Of a DNA stretch of 64,000 nt, positions 53,500 through 63,231 are shown piece after piece. Origin of the DNA: Gammaproteobacteria bacterium (lineage in GTDB: Bacteria; Pseudomonadota; Gammaproteobacteria; UBA4575); the NCBI GenBank assembly GCA_965221955.1, contig CBDCTA010000014.1, positions 8,342 through 72,341 of the forward strand. The letters are read 5' to 3'. Each line of letters begins with the position of its first letter. Within the stretch, counting starts at the first letter, position 1. The notes under the pieces were generated by a model that had not been told where the DNA came from, did not search any database, and saw only the letters and a list, made by a program, of their open reading frames with translations. Both the position numbers and the translations under genes were made by a program.

Positions 53500-53772
53500 A
53501 TGACAACAAATAAAAATGTAAGCACAGGTCAGCATGATGGGAATATGAATAGCAGTACACCCAATACATCATTCTTCTCGCGCAACTGGGCAATAATACT
53601 AATATCTGGTGTGATTGGATTTTACTTGGTTACGGAACACACGGCTCATTTATTAGGGGCACTACCTTGGCTGATTTTATTGGCCTGTCCTTTGATTCAC
53701 GTATTTATGCATCGAGGTCATGGTGGGCATGATCATACACAACCTCATCAAAAAGAGGTGAATGATGAATAG
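53500..53772 (+). CDS. DUF2933 family small membrane protein
   Basis: EHTAHL..LLACPLIHVFMHRGHGGH. Confidence 0.85.
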   Translation: MTTNKNVSTGQHDGNMNSSTPNTSFFSRNWAIILISGVIGFYLVTEHTAHLLGALPWLILLACPLIHVFMHRGHGGHDHTQPHQKEVNDE

Positions 53773-54433
53773 CCATGATGCGATTCAAAGTTATGGTTTA
53801 TGGGGTTTAGTCATCATTAACTCCCTAGTATTTATTATCTTCGCGTTTAGCTTTACGAAACCAAACACATCAAGAGACTGGCGTTCCTTTGGTGCATTTT
53901 CAGCCTTTATCGTTGCGCTGTTTGCAGAGATGTATGGATTTCCGTTGACGATATATTTTCTATCAGGTTGGTTAAGTGCGAATTACCCAAGTGTAGATTT
54001 ATATTCTCATGAAAATGGGCATCTTTGGCATTTATTAATAAACCTTGGTGGCGATCCACATTTCAATTTAATTCATATACTCAGCATTGCATTAATCCTT
54101 GCAGGGTTTTTCTTACTCTCCGCTTCTTGGAAAGTTCTTTATGCCGCACAAAAGCAACACCAGCTTGCAACAACAGGGCCTTACTCGCGTATCCGTCATC
54201 CTCAATATATTGGGTTTTTCCTCATCATGCTGGGATTCTTAGTGCAATGGCCAACTATACTTACGCTACTCATGTTTCCCATTTTGACATACATGTATTA
54301 CCGGTTAGCAAAAAAAGAAGAACGAGAAGTAGAGGATGAATACGGAGAAATATATACAAAGTATGCTGAACGTGTTCCTGCCTTCATTCCTAAATTTGGA
54401 GAACGATATGATGCTTATCGCGAACAAAAATAA
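53762..54433 (+). CDS. Isoprenylcysteine carboxyl methyltransferase family membrane protein
   Basis: ALFAEMYGFPLT, TGPYSRIRHPQY, VPAFIP. Confidence 0.88.
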   Translation: MMNSHDAIQSYGLWGLVIINSLVFIIFAFSFTKPNTSRDWRSFGAFSAFIVALFAEMYGFPLTIYFLSGWLSANYPSVDLYSHENGHLWHLLINLGGDPHFNLIHILSIALILAGFFLLSASWKVLYAAQKQHQLATTGPYSRIRHPQYIGFFLIMLGFLVQWPTILTLLMFPILTYMYYRLAKKEEREVEDEYGEIYTKYAERVPAFIPKFGERYDAYREQK

Positions 54434-54875
54434 TGATTGGATGCGAGCACACTATTTAAGACCACTTTATGTGTCTTTGATCTTATCGGTATTCGCAGAA
54501 CTTATTTTGTTTCTTTATTTTGGTGTTCTTATAAACGATGAAGGGAACATGCTAAATAAGTTTCTGTGGTCAGTTATTTTTTGTGGAATTGGAATGGGGA
54601 GTGTATTTGGGATAGCAATCTTAGTATTTGTGTTAGATCGTATGACTGGGTGGTTTGCAATATCGATGACAACAGCACTTGCAATTATTTTCTTCGGTGT
54701 TTGTAACTTTATATGTTTTAGATTAGATCAAAAATTTAATTACTTTGGAGGTATAAATAATCCTGAACTATTTCTATTTACTGGATGGTTGCTGTCTATT
54801 CTCGGAGGTTTACTGATTGGAACGCTTTTGTTTACAGACACTGGAAACAGACTATTGAATCGGCTAGGCATTTGA
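54408..54875 (+). CDS. Hypothetical 4-TM membrane protein
   Basis: GGAGA RBS before ATG 54408; four hydrophobic segments; CNFIC. Confidence 0.65.
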   Translation: MMLIANKNNDWMRAHYLRPLYVSLILSVFAELILFLYFGVLINDEGNMLNKFLWSVIFCGIGMGSVFGIAILVFVLDRMTGWFAISMTTALAIIFFGVCNFICFRLDQKFNYFGGINNPELFLFTGWLLSILGGLLIGTLLFTDTGNRLLNRLGI

Positions 54876-54927
54876 ATATAAAGACAGCATCCTGTAATTG
54901 ATGAAATTTTAAACAAAGGAGATAGCT

Positions 54928-55161
54928 ATGGCTCAATTTTTAGGAGATATAGCATTTATATTGGAATCGATGCTACTTGTAAGTGGCTTAGTTATTTATT
55001 ACTTCGCATTAGAGAGAAAATCGAAGTTGCTCAAGTTTACAGCGATTATCGCAATAATCATTAGCTTGCTAGGTATGCTATGTACGGGATATTACTGGTT
55101 TAGTTATCTATCGCAAGGTGCATTTCAAACAGCATTTCTAAATGTACCTGCTAACACATAG
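54928..55161 (+). CDS. Small 2-TM hypothetical protein
   Basis: AAGGAG RBS; two hydrophobic helices. Confidence 0.65.
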   Translation: MAQFLGDIAFILESMLLVSGLVIYYFALERKSKLLKFTAIIAIIISLLGMLCTGYYWFSYLSQGAFQTAFLNVPANT

Positions 55162-55197
55162 TCTTAATATTTATTTAAATACAAAGGAGAACAAATC

Positions 55198-55551
55198 ATG
55201 AGAAAAGCATTAACAACTATGCTACTTATCTTATTCGTAGCCAGTGCAACTAGTTATGCAAAAGATTCATTAATGCATCAATCGCATGAAAAGTTACAAC
55301 AAGTACAACAAGAAATGTTGGTCATTAAGAAAACAGAAGATCCAGTGAAACGCAAACAATTACTTGATGAGCATTTAAAAACTATGCAGGAATTTAGCGA
55401 CATTATGCTACAAGTACAACATGATCCAAAACGTGGAGAAGAAAGCGTAATAATGGGAGAAATTATGTTTGAACGAATTAAATATTTAGAAAAGATGATG
55501 CACCAATTACTCGAGTATCAAAGTGAACGAGCAAAAATTAAAGATATGTAG
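55198..55551 (+). CDS. Exported helical protein, distant paralog of the Met/His-rich pair
   Basis: AAGGAG RBS, signal peptide, TEDPVKRKQLLDEH, LEKMMHQLLEYQ. Confidence 0.72.
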   Translation: MRKALTTMLLILFVASATSYAKDSLMHQSHEKLQQVQQEMLVIKKTEDPVKRKQLLDEHLKTMQEFSDIMLQVQHDPKRGEESVIMGEIMFERIKYLEKMMHQLLEYQSERAKIKDM

Positions 55552-55638
55552 TAATACGCTTAGATGAATGAGTGTATATCAATTCAATATAGAAATTAAT
55601 TAATTATTAGTTATTTCACTATTTTTAAGGAGCACACT

Positions 55639-55770
55639 ATGACACATCATGACGGGGGATTTTTTACTCATTGGGGGTTTGGATTTGGCCATTGGACACT
55701 TGGCATCCTATTTTGGGCGGTAATACTAATCGTGATTGTAGTTGGTATAAAAGCGATCCTAAAAAAATAA
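55639..55770 (+). CDS. 43-aa His/Trp/Gly-rich single-TM peptide (not in ORF track)
   Basis: AAGGAG RBS; MTHHDGGFFTHWGFGFGHWTLGILFWAVILIVIVVGIKAILKK. Confidence 0.72.
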   Translation: MTHHDGGFFTHWGFGFGHWTLGILFWAVILIVIVVGIKAILKK

Positions 55771-55813
55771 TAAGTTCAAGTATGGAAAGACGGTATAAAC
55801 AGAGAACAAAATT

Positions 55814-56383
55814 ATGAAAATTCTCAACACTGCTGTATTTTTAATTCTTCTCGCAATAATTTTAGGAGTTGGGTTTGTCTATTCTGGATACTTAAATGTA
55901 GGTGCAAATGTAGAACACAGTAAGCTAAGTAACTGGTTACTGGATACTACTATGCAAAAATCAGTGGAGCGGAGTGCACAAAACTTAGCATTTAAAGTGC
56001 CTGCATTGGGTGATCACGCATTAATCATAAAAGGTGCTGAGAATTACGATGTGATGTGCGCAATTTGTCATACCCCACCTGGTGGATCTCATTCACCTTT
56101 AGCCCAAGGATTAAATCCTGTACCTCCAGATTTGCAAGTATCTGGTAAACGCATGACAGACAAGGAGCTTTTTTGGATAACTAAAAACGGCATTCGCATG
56201 ACAGGAATGCCTGCTTGGGGCGAAACCCACAACGAAGAGGTTATTTGGTCGATGGTAGCGTTTATCAAAACGTTACCTAACTTAGGTCCAGATGAATATA
56301 AAAGAATGGTCGAGTTAGCAAAACGAAAAGGTCTACATATGGAACCAAATGATGACTCCTCACATGTTGGCCACCAACATTGA
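55814..56383 (+). CDS. Membrane-anchored monoheme cytochrome c
   Basis: CAICH, GLNPVPPDL, NGIRMTGMPAWG; His-rich tail. Confidence 0.9.
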   Translation: MKILNTAVFLILLAIILGVGFVYSGYLNVGANVEHSKLSNWLLDTTMQKSVERSAQNLAFKVPALGDHALIIKGAENYDVMCAICHTPPGGSHSPLAQGLNPVPPDLQVSGKRMTDKELFWITKNGIRMTGMPAWGETHNEEVIWSMVAFIKTLPNLGPDEYKRMVELAKRKGLHMEPNDDSSHVGHQH

Positions 56384-56415
56384 ATTTAAATCTTAAGTAT
56401 CTAGAGATAAAAAAT

Positions 56416-59337
56416 ATGTCTGAACTCAAAAAATCATCAAACGTTAGAGAAATACTGGGTAATAAAATTGATCCTATAACTGGACGTGCAATTGATCCAG
56501 TTTGTGGGATGGGAGTTTTAAAACATGTCCATTATCAATATACGTTTGATAATAAAATATATAAATTCTGCAATGAAGATTGCTTAAATGATTTCAAAGC
56601 AAATCCATTAAAATACATAGCAGACTCAATTGATACGGAAGCTAATACAAATGATGTAAATAATGCCAGTACCGAAGACATCAATAAAAAATCAAATGCA
56701 CATTCCTGTTGTACTGAGCCTAAACATGAGAGCAAATCGTCTTGTTGTTCAGAGAATGATATAGAAAACCAATCATGTGGATGCTCAAATGAGAGCTCTA
56801 CACAAATAGTTACAAAACATGAGGATAACGAATCGAATACAGAACATATGGCTGAAAAATTAATAAAAGCAAAACTAATTGTACCAGGAATGGGAAGTGA
56901 TCACTGCGCGGGACTAGTTACTACTTCTTTACAACGCCTTAGTGGTGTTGGAGAAATTAAAACTAACATTGTCTCACATCATGTTGATGTAAAATATGAA
57001 CCGTCGAAACTACAGCTTTCAGATCTTAAAAGTGCTGTTGTGAAAGCAGGTTATGAAGTAGATTCCATTTCAAACGAAAGTGCTGATGAGCTATTCATGA
57101 TAGTTCCAGGTATGGGCAGTGACCATTGTGCAGGAATTATTTCTGAATCAATTCATCGATTACCGGGTATTATTAATGTGCAAACAAACATATCCAATCA
57201 TCGAGTCACTGTTCAATTTCAACCTGATTTAACTGACAGCAATGCTATTCAAGCTGCGGCAGTGCATGCAGGTTATGAGGTTGCAAATATTGAGCATACA
57301 GCACCGAAAGCTTCACTAAAAGAAGATGAATCTGAAGCGAGATATTTAAAACAAGCTTGGCATCGCTTTTTGTTTGCTGCAATCCCTACCACATTAATCA
57401 TGTTATTGATGATCCCCGAAATGTTTTGGAAACCTATACCCGGTTATCTTCTCTTTATAGCGATACTAGGATTTCCTGTAATTTTTCTTTACGGTGGTCT
57501 GGCCACACACCGCTCGGCTTGGCGTTCTTTAACTAATCGCACCGCCAACATGGATGTGTTGATCTCAATGGGAAGTCTTCCTCCATACTTAATTGGTTTG
57601 ATTGGTTTTGTTTACCCCATGACTTCATTTATTGAAATGGCAGCCACAATTATGACTTTTCATATGTTGGGCCGTTACCTTGAAACCCGAGCCAAAGGAC
57701 GGGCATCTCAAGCAATAAAAAGATTGCTTAAGCTTGGCGCAAAGACTGCAACTACCCTACGTGGCGGTCAAGAAATCGAGATTCCGATAGCGGAATTAAA
57801 AGTTGGCGACATTATGCTAATTCGTCCGGGAGCAAAAATTCCCACCGATGGAGAAATAATGGAAGGTAATAGTCATTTTGACGAATCCATTGCAACAGGC
57901 GAGTCTGTTCCTATAGAAAAAGGGCCTGGTGATAATGTAATTGGTGCCACGATAAACAAAGAAGGACTTTTAAAAGTGCGTGCCACCAAAATTGGTGCAG
58001 ATACATTTCTTGCACAAGTCATTCGTTTGGTAGAAGAGGCTCAGGGTTCAAAGGTACCTATTCAAGAATTTGCCGACCGTGTAACCGCCAAATTTGTACC
58101 TGGAGTAATTTTAATTGCATTAATCAGCTTTATAGTGTGGCTAATATATGCAGATTCGCTACGGCCCATTCTCGTATGGGGATCTGGTTTTTTACCTTGG
58201 GTGGATGCAGATTTAACCCCTTTATTACTAGCAATTCTCGCATCCGTTGCTGTACTGGTTATTGCCTGTCCCTGTGCACTGGGTCTCGCAACACCTACCG
58301 CTATCATGGTGGGTTCGGGAATGGGCGCAGAACGCGGCATTCTAATTCGGTCTGGTGAAGCCATTCAAACTTTAAAAGACATCAAAATGGTCGTGCTCGA
58401 TAAAACGGGCACCATTACTGAAGGTAAACCAGCATTAACAGATGTCATTGCAAATGAGAGTTTCAATGAAGATGAGGTTTTAAAACTTGCAGCATCTGTA
58501 GAAGATGGATCAGAACATCCACTAGGGCAAGCTATTGTGTCTGGTGCACGAAAACGTGGGATAGATATCCCTGTTGTTAAAGAGTTTAAAGCAATAACTG
58601 CAAGGGGTGTTGAAGGAAAAATTGATAGACAGCAAGTCTATGTCGGTAGTCGTCGTTTACTAGGTGAGCTTGGTATTGAACTTGGTAATTTAGATGAACC
58701 ATTGACTCGTCTTGAAACAGAAGGAAAAACCGCGATGCTTGTTGCAATTGAAGACCAGGCTGCAGGACTTGTTGCAGTTGCTGACACAATTAAATCCGAT
58801 TCCAAAGCTGCAATTGATGCGATGCACCAAATGAATATCAAGGTAGCTATGGTTACTGGTGATAACGAGCGCACAGCCCATTATGTTGCAGATCAAGTAG
58901 GTATTGATGAAGTGCTGGCAGGTGTATTACCGGAAGGTAAAGTTGATGCAATTAGGAAATTACAAACTGACTATGGAGAACATGTTGCCATGGTAGGTGA
59001 TGGCATTAACGATGCACCTGCTCTCAAACAAGCAAATGTCGGAATTGCAATTGGTGCAGGAGCGGATGTTGCAATAGAGGCCGCAGACGTTACCTTGGTT
59101 AAGGGTGAGCTCACAAACTTTATTGAAGCGATACGTTTATCACGCGCTACTTTTAGAAAAATTTTAGAGAATCTATTTTGGGCTTGGTTTTATAACCTCG
59201 CTGCAATTCCTATTGCAGCTGTCGGATTATTGCATCCAATGATTGGTGTTATTGCAATGACAATTAGCTCATTATCAGTAGTAGGTAATTCAATCTTACT
59301 TAAACGAGTTCGGTTAGAAGTATCCAATAAAGCCTAA
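56416..59337 (+). CDS. copA: Cu(I)-translocating P1B-type ATPase with YHS, Cys-rich linker and two HMA domains
   Basis: DPVCGM, TGES, ACPCALG, DKTGT, SEHP, GDGINDAP, YN and MxxSS; HMA motifs read GMGSDHC. Confidence 0.9.
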   Translation: MSELKKSSNVREILGNKIDPITGRAIDPVCGMGVLKHVHYQYTFDNKIYKFCNEDCLNDFKANPLKYIADSIDTEANTNDVNNASTEDINKKSNAHSCCTEPKHESKSSCCSENDIENQSCGCSNESSTQIVTKHEDNESNTEHMAEKLIKAKLIVPGMGSDHCAGLVTTSLQRLSGVGEIKTNIVSHHVDVKYEPSKLQLSDLKSAVVKAGYEVDSISNESADELFMIVPGMGSDHCAGIISESIHRLPGIINVQTNISNHRVTVQFQPDLTDSNAIQAAAVHAGYEVANIEHTAPKASLKEDESEARYLKQAWHRFLFAAIPTTLIMLLMIPEMFWKPIPGYLLFIAILGFPVIFLYGGLATHRSAWRSLTNRTANMDVLISMGSLPPYLIGLIGFVYPMTSFIEMAATIMTFHMLGRYLETRAKGRASQAIKRLLKLGAKTATTLRGGQEIEIPIAELKVGDIMLIRPGAKIPTDGEIMEGNSHFDESIATGESVPIEKGPGDNVIGATINKEGLLKVRATKIGADTFLAQVIRLVEEAQGSKVPIQEFADRVTAKFVPGVILIALISFIVWLIYADSLRPILVWGSGFLPWVDADLTPLLLAILASVAVLVIACPCALGLATPTAIMVGSGMGAERGILIRSGEAIQTLKDIKMVVLDKTGTITEGKPALTDVIANESFNEDEVLKLAASVEDGSEHPLGQAIVSGARKRGIDIPVVKEFKAITARGVEGKIDRQQVYVGSRRLLGELGIELGNLDEPLTRLETEGKTAMLVAIEDQAAGLVAVADTIKSDSKAAIDAMHQMNIKVAMVTGDNERTAHYVADQVGIDEVLAGVLPEGKVDAIRKLQTDYGEHVAMVGDGINDAPALKQANVGIAIGAGADVAIEAADVTLVKGELTNFIEAIRLSRATFRKILENLFWAWFYNLAAIPIAAVGLLHPMIGVIAMTISSLSVVGNSILLKRVRLEVSNKA

Positions 59338-59377
59338 CTACTAACAAGTAGACAAAAAACGAAAATTAAAGCTACAG

Positions 59378-59992
59378 ATGGAAATTCCAAAAACATATAG
59401 CACTGATACGAAACGCAGAAAACTCTTAGTGAACGCAACGTCTATCCTCGGAGCAATTGGTGCTACATTAACAGGTTGGCCATTTATTTCATCCATGCTG
59501 CCGGATGCTCGAGCAGAAGCTGCTGGTTTAAATGTGAAAGTAGATTTAAAGAAAATACCACCAGGATTTCAAACCACAGTAGTTTGGAGAAAAAAGCCAG
59601 TTTGGATCATGCATCGTACTGAAGAGATGATTGATCTTCTAGATGACCAATCTTTATTAGAACGATTGCGAGATCCATTTTCAAAAGTGAAAAGCCAACA
59701 ACCAGATTATGTTGTAAATAATACAAGATCAGTCGATTCCAAGTTTTTCGTCGCAATTGGGCTTTGCACACATTTAGGATGCAATCCAAAGCTTTATCCA
59801 GAATTGGTGGAAACGCCGTTCTCAAAAAATTGGCATGGTGGTTACTACTGTCCTTGTCACGGGTCACTTTTCGATCTTGCAGGCCGCGTTTATAAAAACG
59901 TACCTGCACCCACAAATTTAGTGATTCCTGCATATCGTTTTATTTCTAAATCTGAAATAGAAATTGGAGAACATCCATCTAAGGCAACTTAG
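59378..59992 (+). CDS. petA: PetA-type Rieske 2Fe-2S protein (no petB/petC adjacent)
   Basis: Tat-type RRKLL, WRKKPVWI, CTHLGC, CPCHGS, PAPTNL. Confidence 0.9.
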   Translation: MEIPKTYSTDTKRRKLLVNATSILGAIGATLTGWPFISSMLPDARAEAAGLNVKVDLKKIPPGFQTTVVWRKKPVWIMHRTEEMIDLLDDQSLLERLRDPFSKVKSQQPDYVVNNTRSVDSKFFVAIGLCTHLGCNPKLYPELVETPFSKNWHGGYYCPCHGSLFDLAGRVYKNVPAPTNLVIPAYRFISKSEIEIGEHPSKAT

Positions 59993-60017
59993 ATTAATCA
60001 TACTTAAGGAGACTTTG

Positions 60018-60251
60018 ATGAATGTAACAATCATCGCTACTAAAAGTTGTAGTCATCGACCCACTATGGAGAAAGAGTTACGAGATCTTGGTATCGAGTA
60101 CGATTTGATTTATGCGGAAGATCATCCAGAAATTATAAATAGATATACAATTCGCCACTCACCTGTTCTCGTAATTGATGATGAAGTAGTTTGCAGCGGT
60201 CTTCCAAGTGAAGGGGACTTAGAAGTGTTGTTTTCGCACTACGAGAGCTGA
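60018..60251 (+). CDS. Small thioredoxin/glutaredoxin-like protein
   Basis: AAGGAG RBS; CSHRP and HSPVLVIDDEVV. Confidence 0.75.
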   Translation: MNVTIIATKSCSHRPTMEKELRDLGIEYDLIYAEDHPEIINRYTIRHSPVLVIDDEVVCSGLPSEGDLEVLFSHYES

Positions 60252-60263
60252 AATAGTTTTTTC

Positions 60264-61598
60264 ATGAAAGATAGCTACAAAGCAGGAAGCTTAAACTTAG
60301 CAGCAACTGTAGCCATGGGTACTGGGGTAATGATCGGCGCAGGAATATTTGCCCTAACGGGACAGGTTGCCGAATTCGCGGGTGGATTATTTCCACTCGC
60401 ATTCTTACTAGCGGCTATCATAAGTGGATTCAGCGCTTATACTTACATAAGAGTCACAAGTAAATATCCGTCGGCGGGTGGAATCGCAATGATTCTTGAA
60501 AAAGCTTATGGGAAAAGTGTAATGACTGGTGCGTGTGCACTTTTAATGGCCTTCTCAATGATCATTAATGAAAGTTTAGTTGCGAGAACTTTTGGTACAT
60601 ACACTTTGCAGTTATTTGATCTTGAGAACAACTCCATATTTGTCCCCTTGCTAGCAGTTGGACTTATTGTAATTGCCTTCTTGATAAATATCTCTGGTAA
60701 CAAGCTAATTGGTGCTGTATCAAAAGTTAGTGCAGTAATAAAGATTGGAGGCATATTGCTATTTGCGGGGGTTGCATTATGGGCTTCAGGTTTTTCATTT
60801 GAACCTGCAGAAAATGAGTTAAGAGCAGAAACTACCATAAGTGGCTTTTTGGCGGGTGTGGCCTTAGCAATTCTTGCTTACAAAGGCTTTACCACTATTA
60901 CAAACAGTGGTGATGAAGTAGAAAATCCGCATAAAAATGTAGGTAGAGCCATCATGATCTCGCTTGGCATATGTGTAGTCGTTTATATGTTGGTTGCGTT
61001 TGGTGTAGGTTCTACTTTGACCATCGACGAAATAGTGCAAGCAAAGGATTATTCCTTAGCAGAAGCCGCACGACCTGCATTAGGAGACTATGGGGTGTGG
61101 TTTACGGTTGCGATTGCCATGGTTGCGACTGCATCAGGGTTATTGGCTAGCGTTTTTGCTGTATCTCGAATGTTAGCCATGTTAACCAACATGAACATCA
61201 TCCCGCATAGTCACTTTGGAATGCCTGGGGATATTCAAAAACATACACTGGTGTACACCGTTGTAATGGCAGCATTACTGGCGGCATTTTTTGATCTTAG
61301 CCGAATAGCATCGTTAGGAGCCATTTTTTATTTAGTAATGGACATAGCCATACATTGGGGAATCTATCGTCATTTACGAACCGATGTAGAAGCCAAATCA
61401 TGGATACTTCTAAGCGCGGTTGCACTGGATGCTTTAGTGCTCCTTGCATTCTTAATTTTAAAAGGTCAAGCAGATCCTACTATTGTTCTAATCTCTATTA
61501 TATCTATTAGTGCGATTTTCATTTTTGAAAAATTTTATCTTAGTCATCGTAGAAATGAGTCGTCAGGTGATGATATGCAAGTGCACGACCACAATTAG
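60264..61598 (+). CDS. APC family permease
   Basis: GTGVMIGAGIF, YPSAGG, LAYKGF; about 12 TM. Confidence 0.9.
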   Translation: MKDSYKAGSLNLAATVAMGTGVMIGAGIFALTGQVAEFAGGLFPLAFLLAAIISGFSAYTYIRVTSKYPSAGGIAMILEKAYGKSVMTGACALLMAFSMIINESLVARTFGTYTLQLFDLENNSIFVPLLAVGLIVIAFLINISGNKLIGAVSKVSAVIKIGGILLFAGVALWASGFSFEPAENELRAETTISGFLAGVALAILAYKGFTTITNSGDEVENPHKNVGRAIMISLGICVVVYMLVAFGVGSTLTIDEIVQAKDYSLAEAARPALGDYGVWFTVAIAMVATASGLLASVFAVSRMLAMLTNMNIIPHSHFGMPGDIQKHTLVYTVVMAALLAAFFDLSRIASLGAIFYLVMDIAIHWGIYRHLRTDVEAKSWILLSAVALDALVLLAFLILKGQADPTIVLISIISISAIFIFEKFYLSHRRNESSGDDMQVHDHN

Positions 61599-61609
61599 AG
61601 CAATAACAC

Positions 61610-62419
61610 ATGTATAAAATAACGCTTAAGATTCTTCTCTTTTATTCATTTACAGTAAATTTAGCTCTCGCGGATACTACAGAGTTTGCAAATCTATATG
61701 ACCAGCTTCTTGCCACATATTGGAGACCCACTGTAACGATAAATGGAATTAAGACTACAGTAATTGACTACGCGCAAATGCATAAGGATTCAATTCAAAC
61801 TGATTCATTATTTAATCAAACATTACAAGCAATAAATAAAACTAACCCTTCACAGTTCAATGATCCAAATGAGATAAAAGCTTTCTGGATTAACGCCTAT
61901 AATTTCGCAGCTATACATTTAATCATCGAAAATTATCCAGTTGACTCCATTAGAAGTTTGAGTATTAGTTTAATTAAATATCCTTGGTCAAAAAAAGCAA
62001 TAAAAATTGGGAATCAAGAATATTCTTTAAAACAAATTGAAAAAGATATTTTACTAGAGAACTTTGATGATTCACGAATCGTATTCGCAGTAAGTTGTGC
62101 TGCAGTCAGTTGTCCGGATAGAACAGCAGAGGCATTTACAGCAGAAAGATTAGATGAACAGCTTGATGAAATGATTCGTTCTTTTTTCAAGAACCCTTAT
62201 AAAGGATTATCATTGGACCGAAATTCAAAGACTCTTACGCTTTCATGGATTCTCAAAAAGGATATGCAGTTGTTTAATAATAGTGAAGAAGGAATATTAG
62301 ATTTCGTGTTACCTTATTTACAACTTGAAGAACAAACTTGGATTAGGAAAAATCGAATTAATATTGATTATTTTGAGCACGATTGGACATTGAATGATTT
62401 AGCACAAGCAAAAAATTGA
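61610..62419 (+). CDS. Exported DUF547 domain protein
   Basis: AFWINAYN, RIVFAVSCAAVSCP, DWTLND. Confidence 0.85.
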   Translation: MYKITLKILLFYSFTVNLALADTTEFANLYDQLLATYWRPTVTINGIKTTVIDYAQMHKDSIQTDSLFNQTLQAINKTNPSQFNDPNEIKAFWINAYNFAAIHLIIENYPVDSIRSLSISLIKYPWSKKAIKIGNQEYSLKQIEKDILLENFDDSRIVFAVSCAAVSCPDRTAEAFTAERLDEQLDEMIRSFFKNPYKGLSLDRNSKTLTLSWILKKDMQLFNNSEEGILDFVLPYLQLEEQTWIRKNRINIDYFEHDWTLNDLAQAKN

Positions 62420-62516
62420 GCTATTGGATCATAGTTTTAGATTTTCTATATTATTCGCCTAGATTGTATTTAATAATAGCATGTTCAGAATGAATGCTAA
62501 CAACTCAAAACGGAAG

Positions 62517-62933
62517 TTACTGATATAGCGCATTCACGATAGGACAATTTTCTACTGAATAATTACCACCTTTACAGCTTGCAGAGATAGAGTGTAGGGC
62601 TTTTTGTAATTTCTTTAGATCACTAATTTTCTTTTGTACTTCTCTGGCTTGTAGCATGGTCAATGCTTTCACTTCACCGCACGTATGGCTCGGTTCATCT
62701 ACAAGCTTTAGAAGCTCTTTAATCTGTTCAATACTAAATCCAAGCTCTCGACTTCGTCGAATAAACACCAGACGTTTTAAGTGCTCAAATACATAGAAGC
62801 GATGGCCACCTTCCGTTCGTGAAGGAGTGGGCATGAGATTGGTTTTTTCGTAGTAGCGTACGGTTTCTACTTTACAGTCCGCCGCTGAGGCAAGCTCACC
62901 GATTGAGTAGTAAGACTTTGATTCCGTGCTCAT
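62517..62933 (-). CDS. MerR family regulator of three-Cys divalent-metal type
   Basis: TVRYYE, LGFSIEQI, HTCGEV, SCKGGNYSVENCPIV. Confidence 0.9.
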   Translation of the reverse strand: MSTESKSYYSIGELASAADCKVETVRYYEKTNLMPTPSRTEGGHRFYVFEHLKRLVFIRRSRELGFSIEQIKELLKLVDEPSHTCGEVKALTMLQAREVQKKISDLKKLQKALHSISASCKGGNYSVENCPIVNALYQ

Positions 62934-62943
62934 AGGATACTCC

Positions 62944-62974
62944 TTGAACCTGTAGTTACTACAGGTTTCATAAT
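62944..62974 (+). promoter_or_regulatory. MerR-type promoter/operator
   Basis: TTGAAC-19 nt-CATAAT with perfect dyad AACCTGTAGT-T-ACTACAGGTT. Confidence 0.88.
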
Positions 62975-63003
62975 AACACTAATTTTCAAGGATTAGACAA
63001 ATT

Positions 63004-63231
63004 ATGAGTCAAATTAAGTTAATTTCTGAGATTACTTGTCCTAAATGTACCCACAGGGCAAGTGAAAAGATGCCTACTTACAGTTGCTTGTATTACTACG
63101 AATGCAAAGGATGTCAGACTCTATTAAAACCTAAATCGGGTGATTGTTGTGTGTTTTGTTCGTATGGAACAGCACCTTGTCCACCTATACAACAAGGTCA
63201 AAGCTCTAATAGTGATAATAGATGTTGTTGA
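63004..63231 (+). CDS. GDCCVxC domain Cys-rich protein
   Basis: ITCPKC, YECKGC, GDCCVFCSYG..CPPIQ. Confidence 0.9.
   Translation: MSQIKLISEITCPKCTHRASEKMPTYSCLYYYECKGCQTLLKPKSGDCCVFCSYGTAPCPPIQQGQSSNSDNRCC

Noticed and set aside
63229-63231. Selenocysteine read-through of the TGA ending the GDCCVxC gene
   Set aside because: The domain is complete with Cys, the TGA overlaps the next ATG as ordinary translational coupling, and no SECIS-like hairpin was evident
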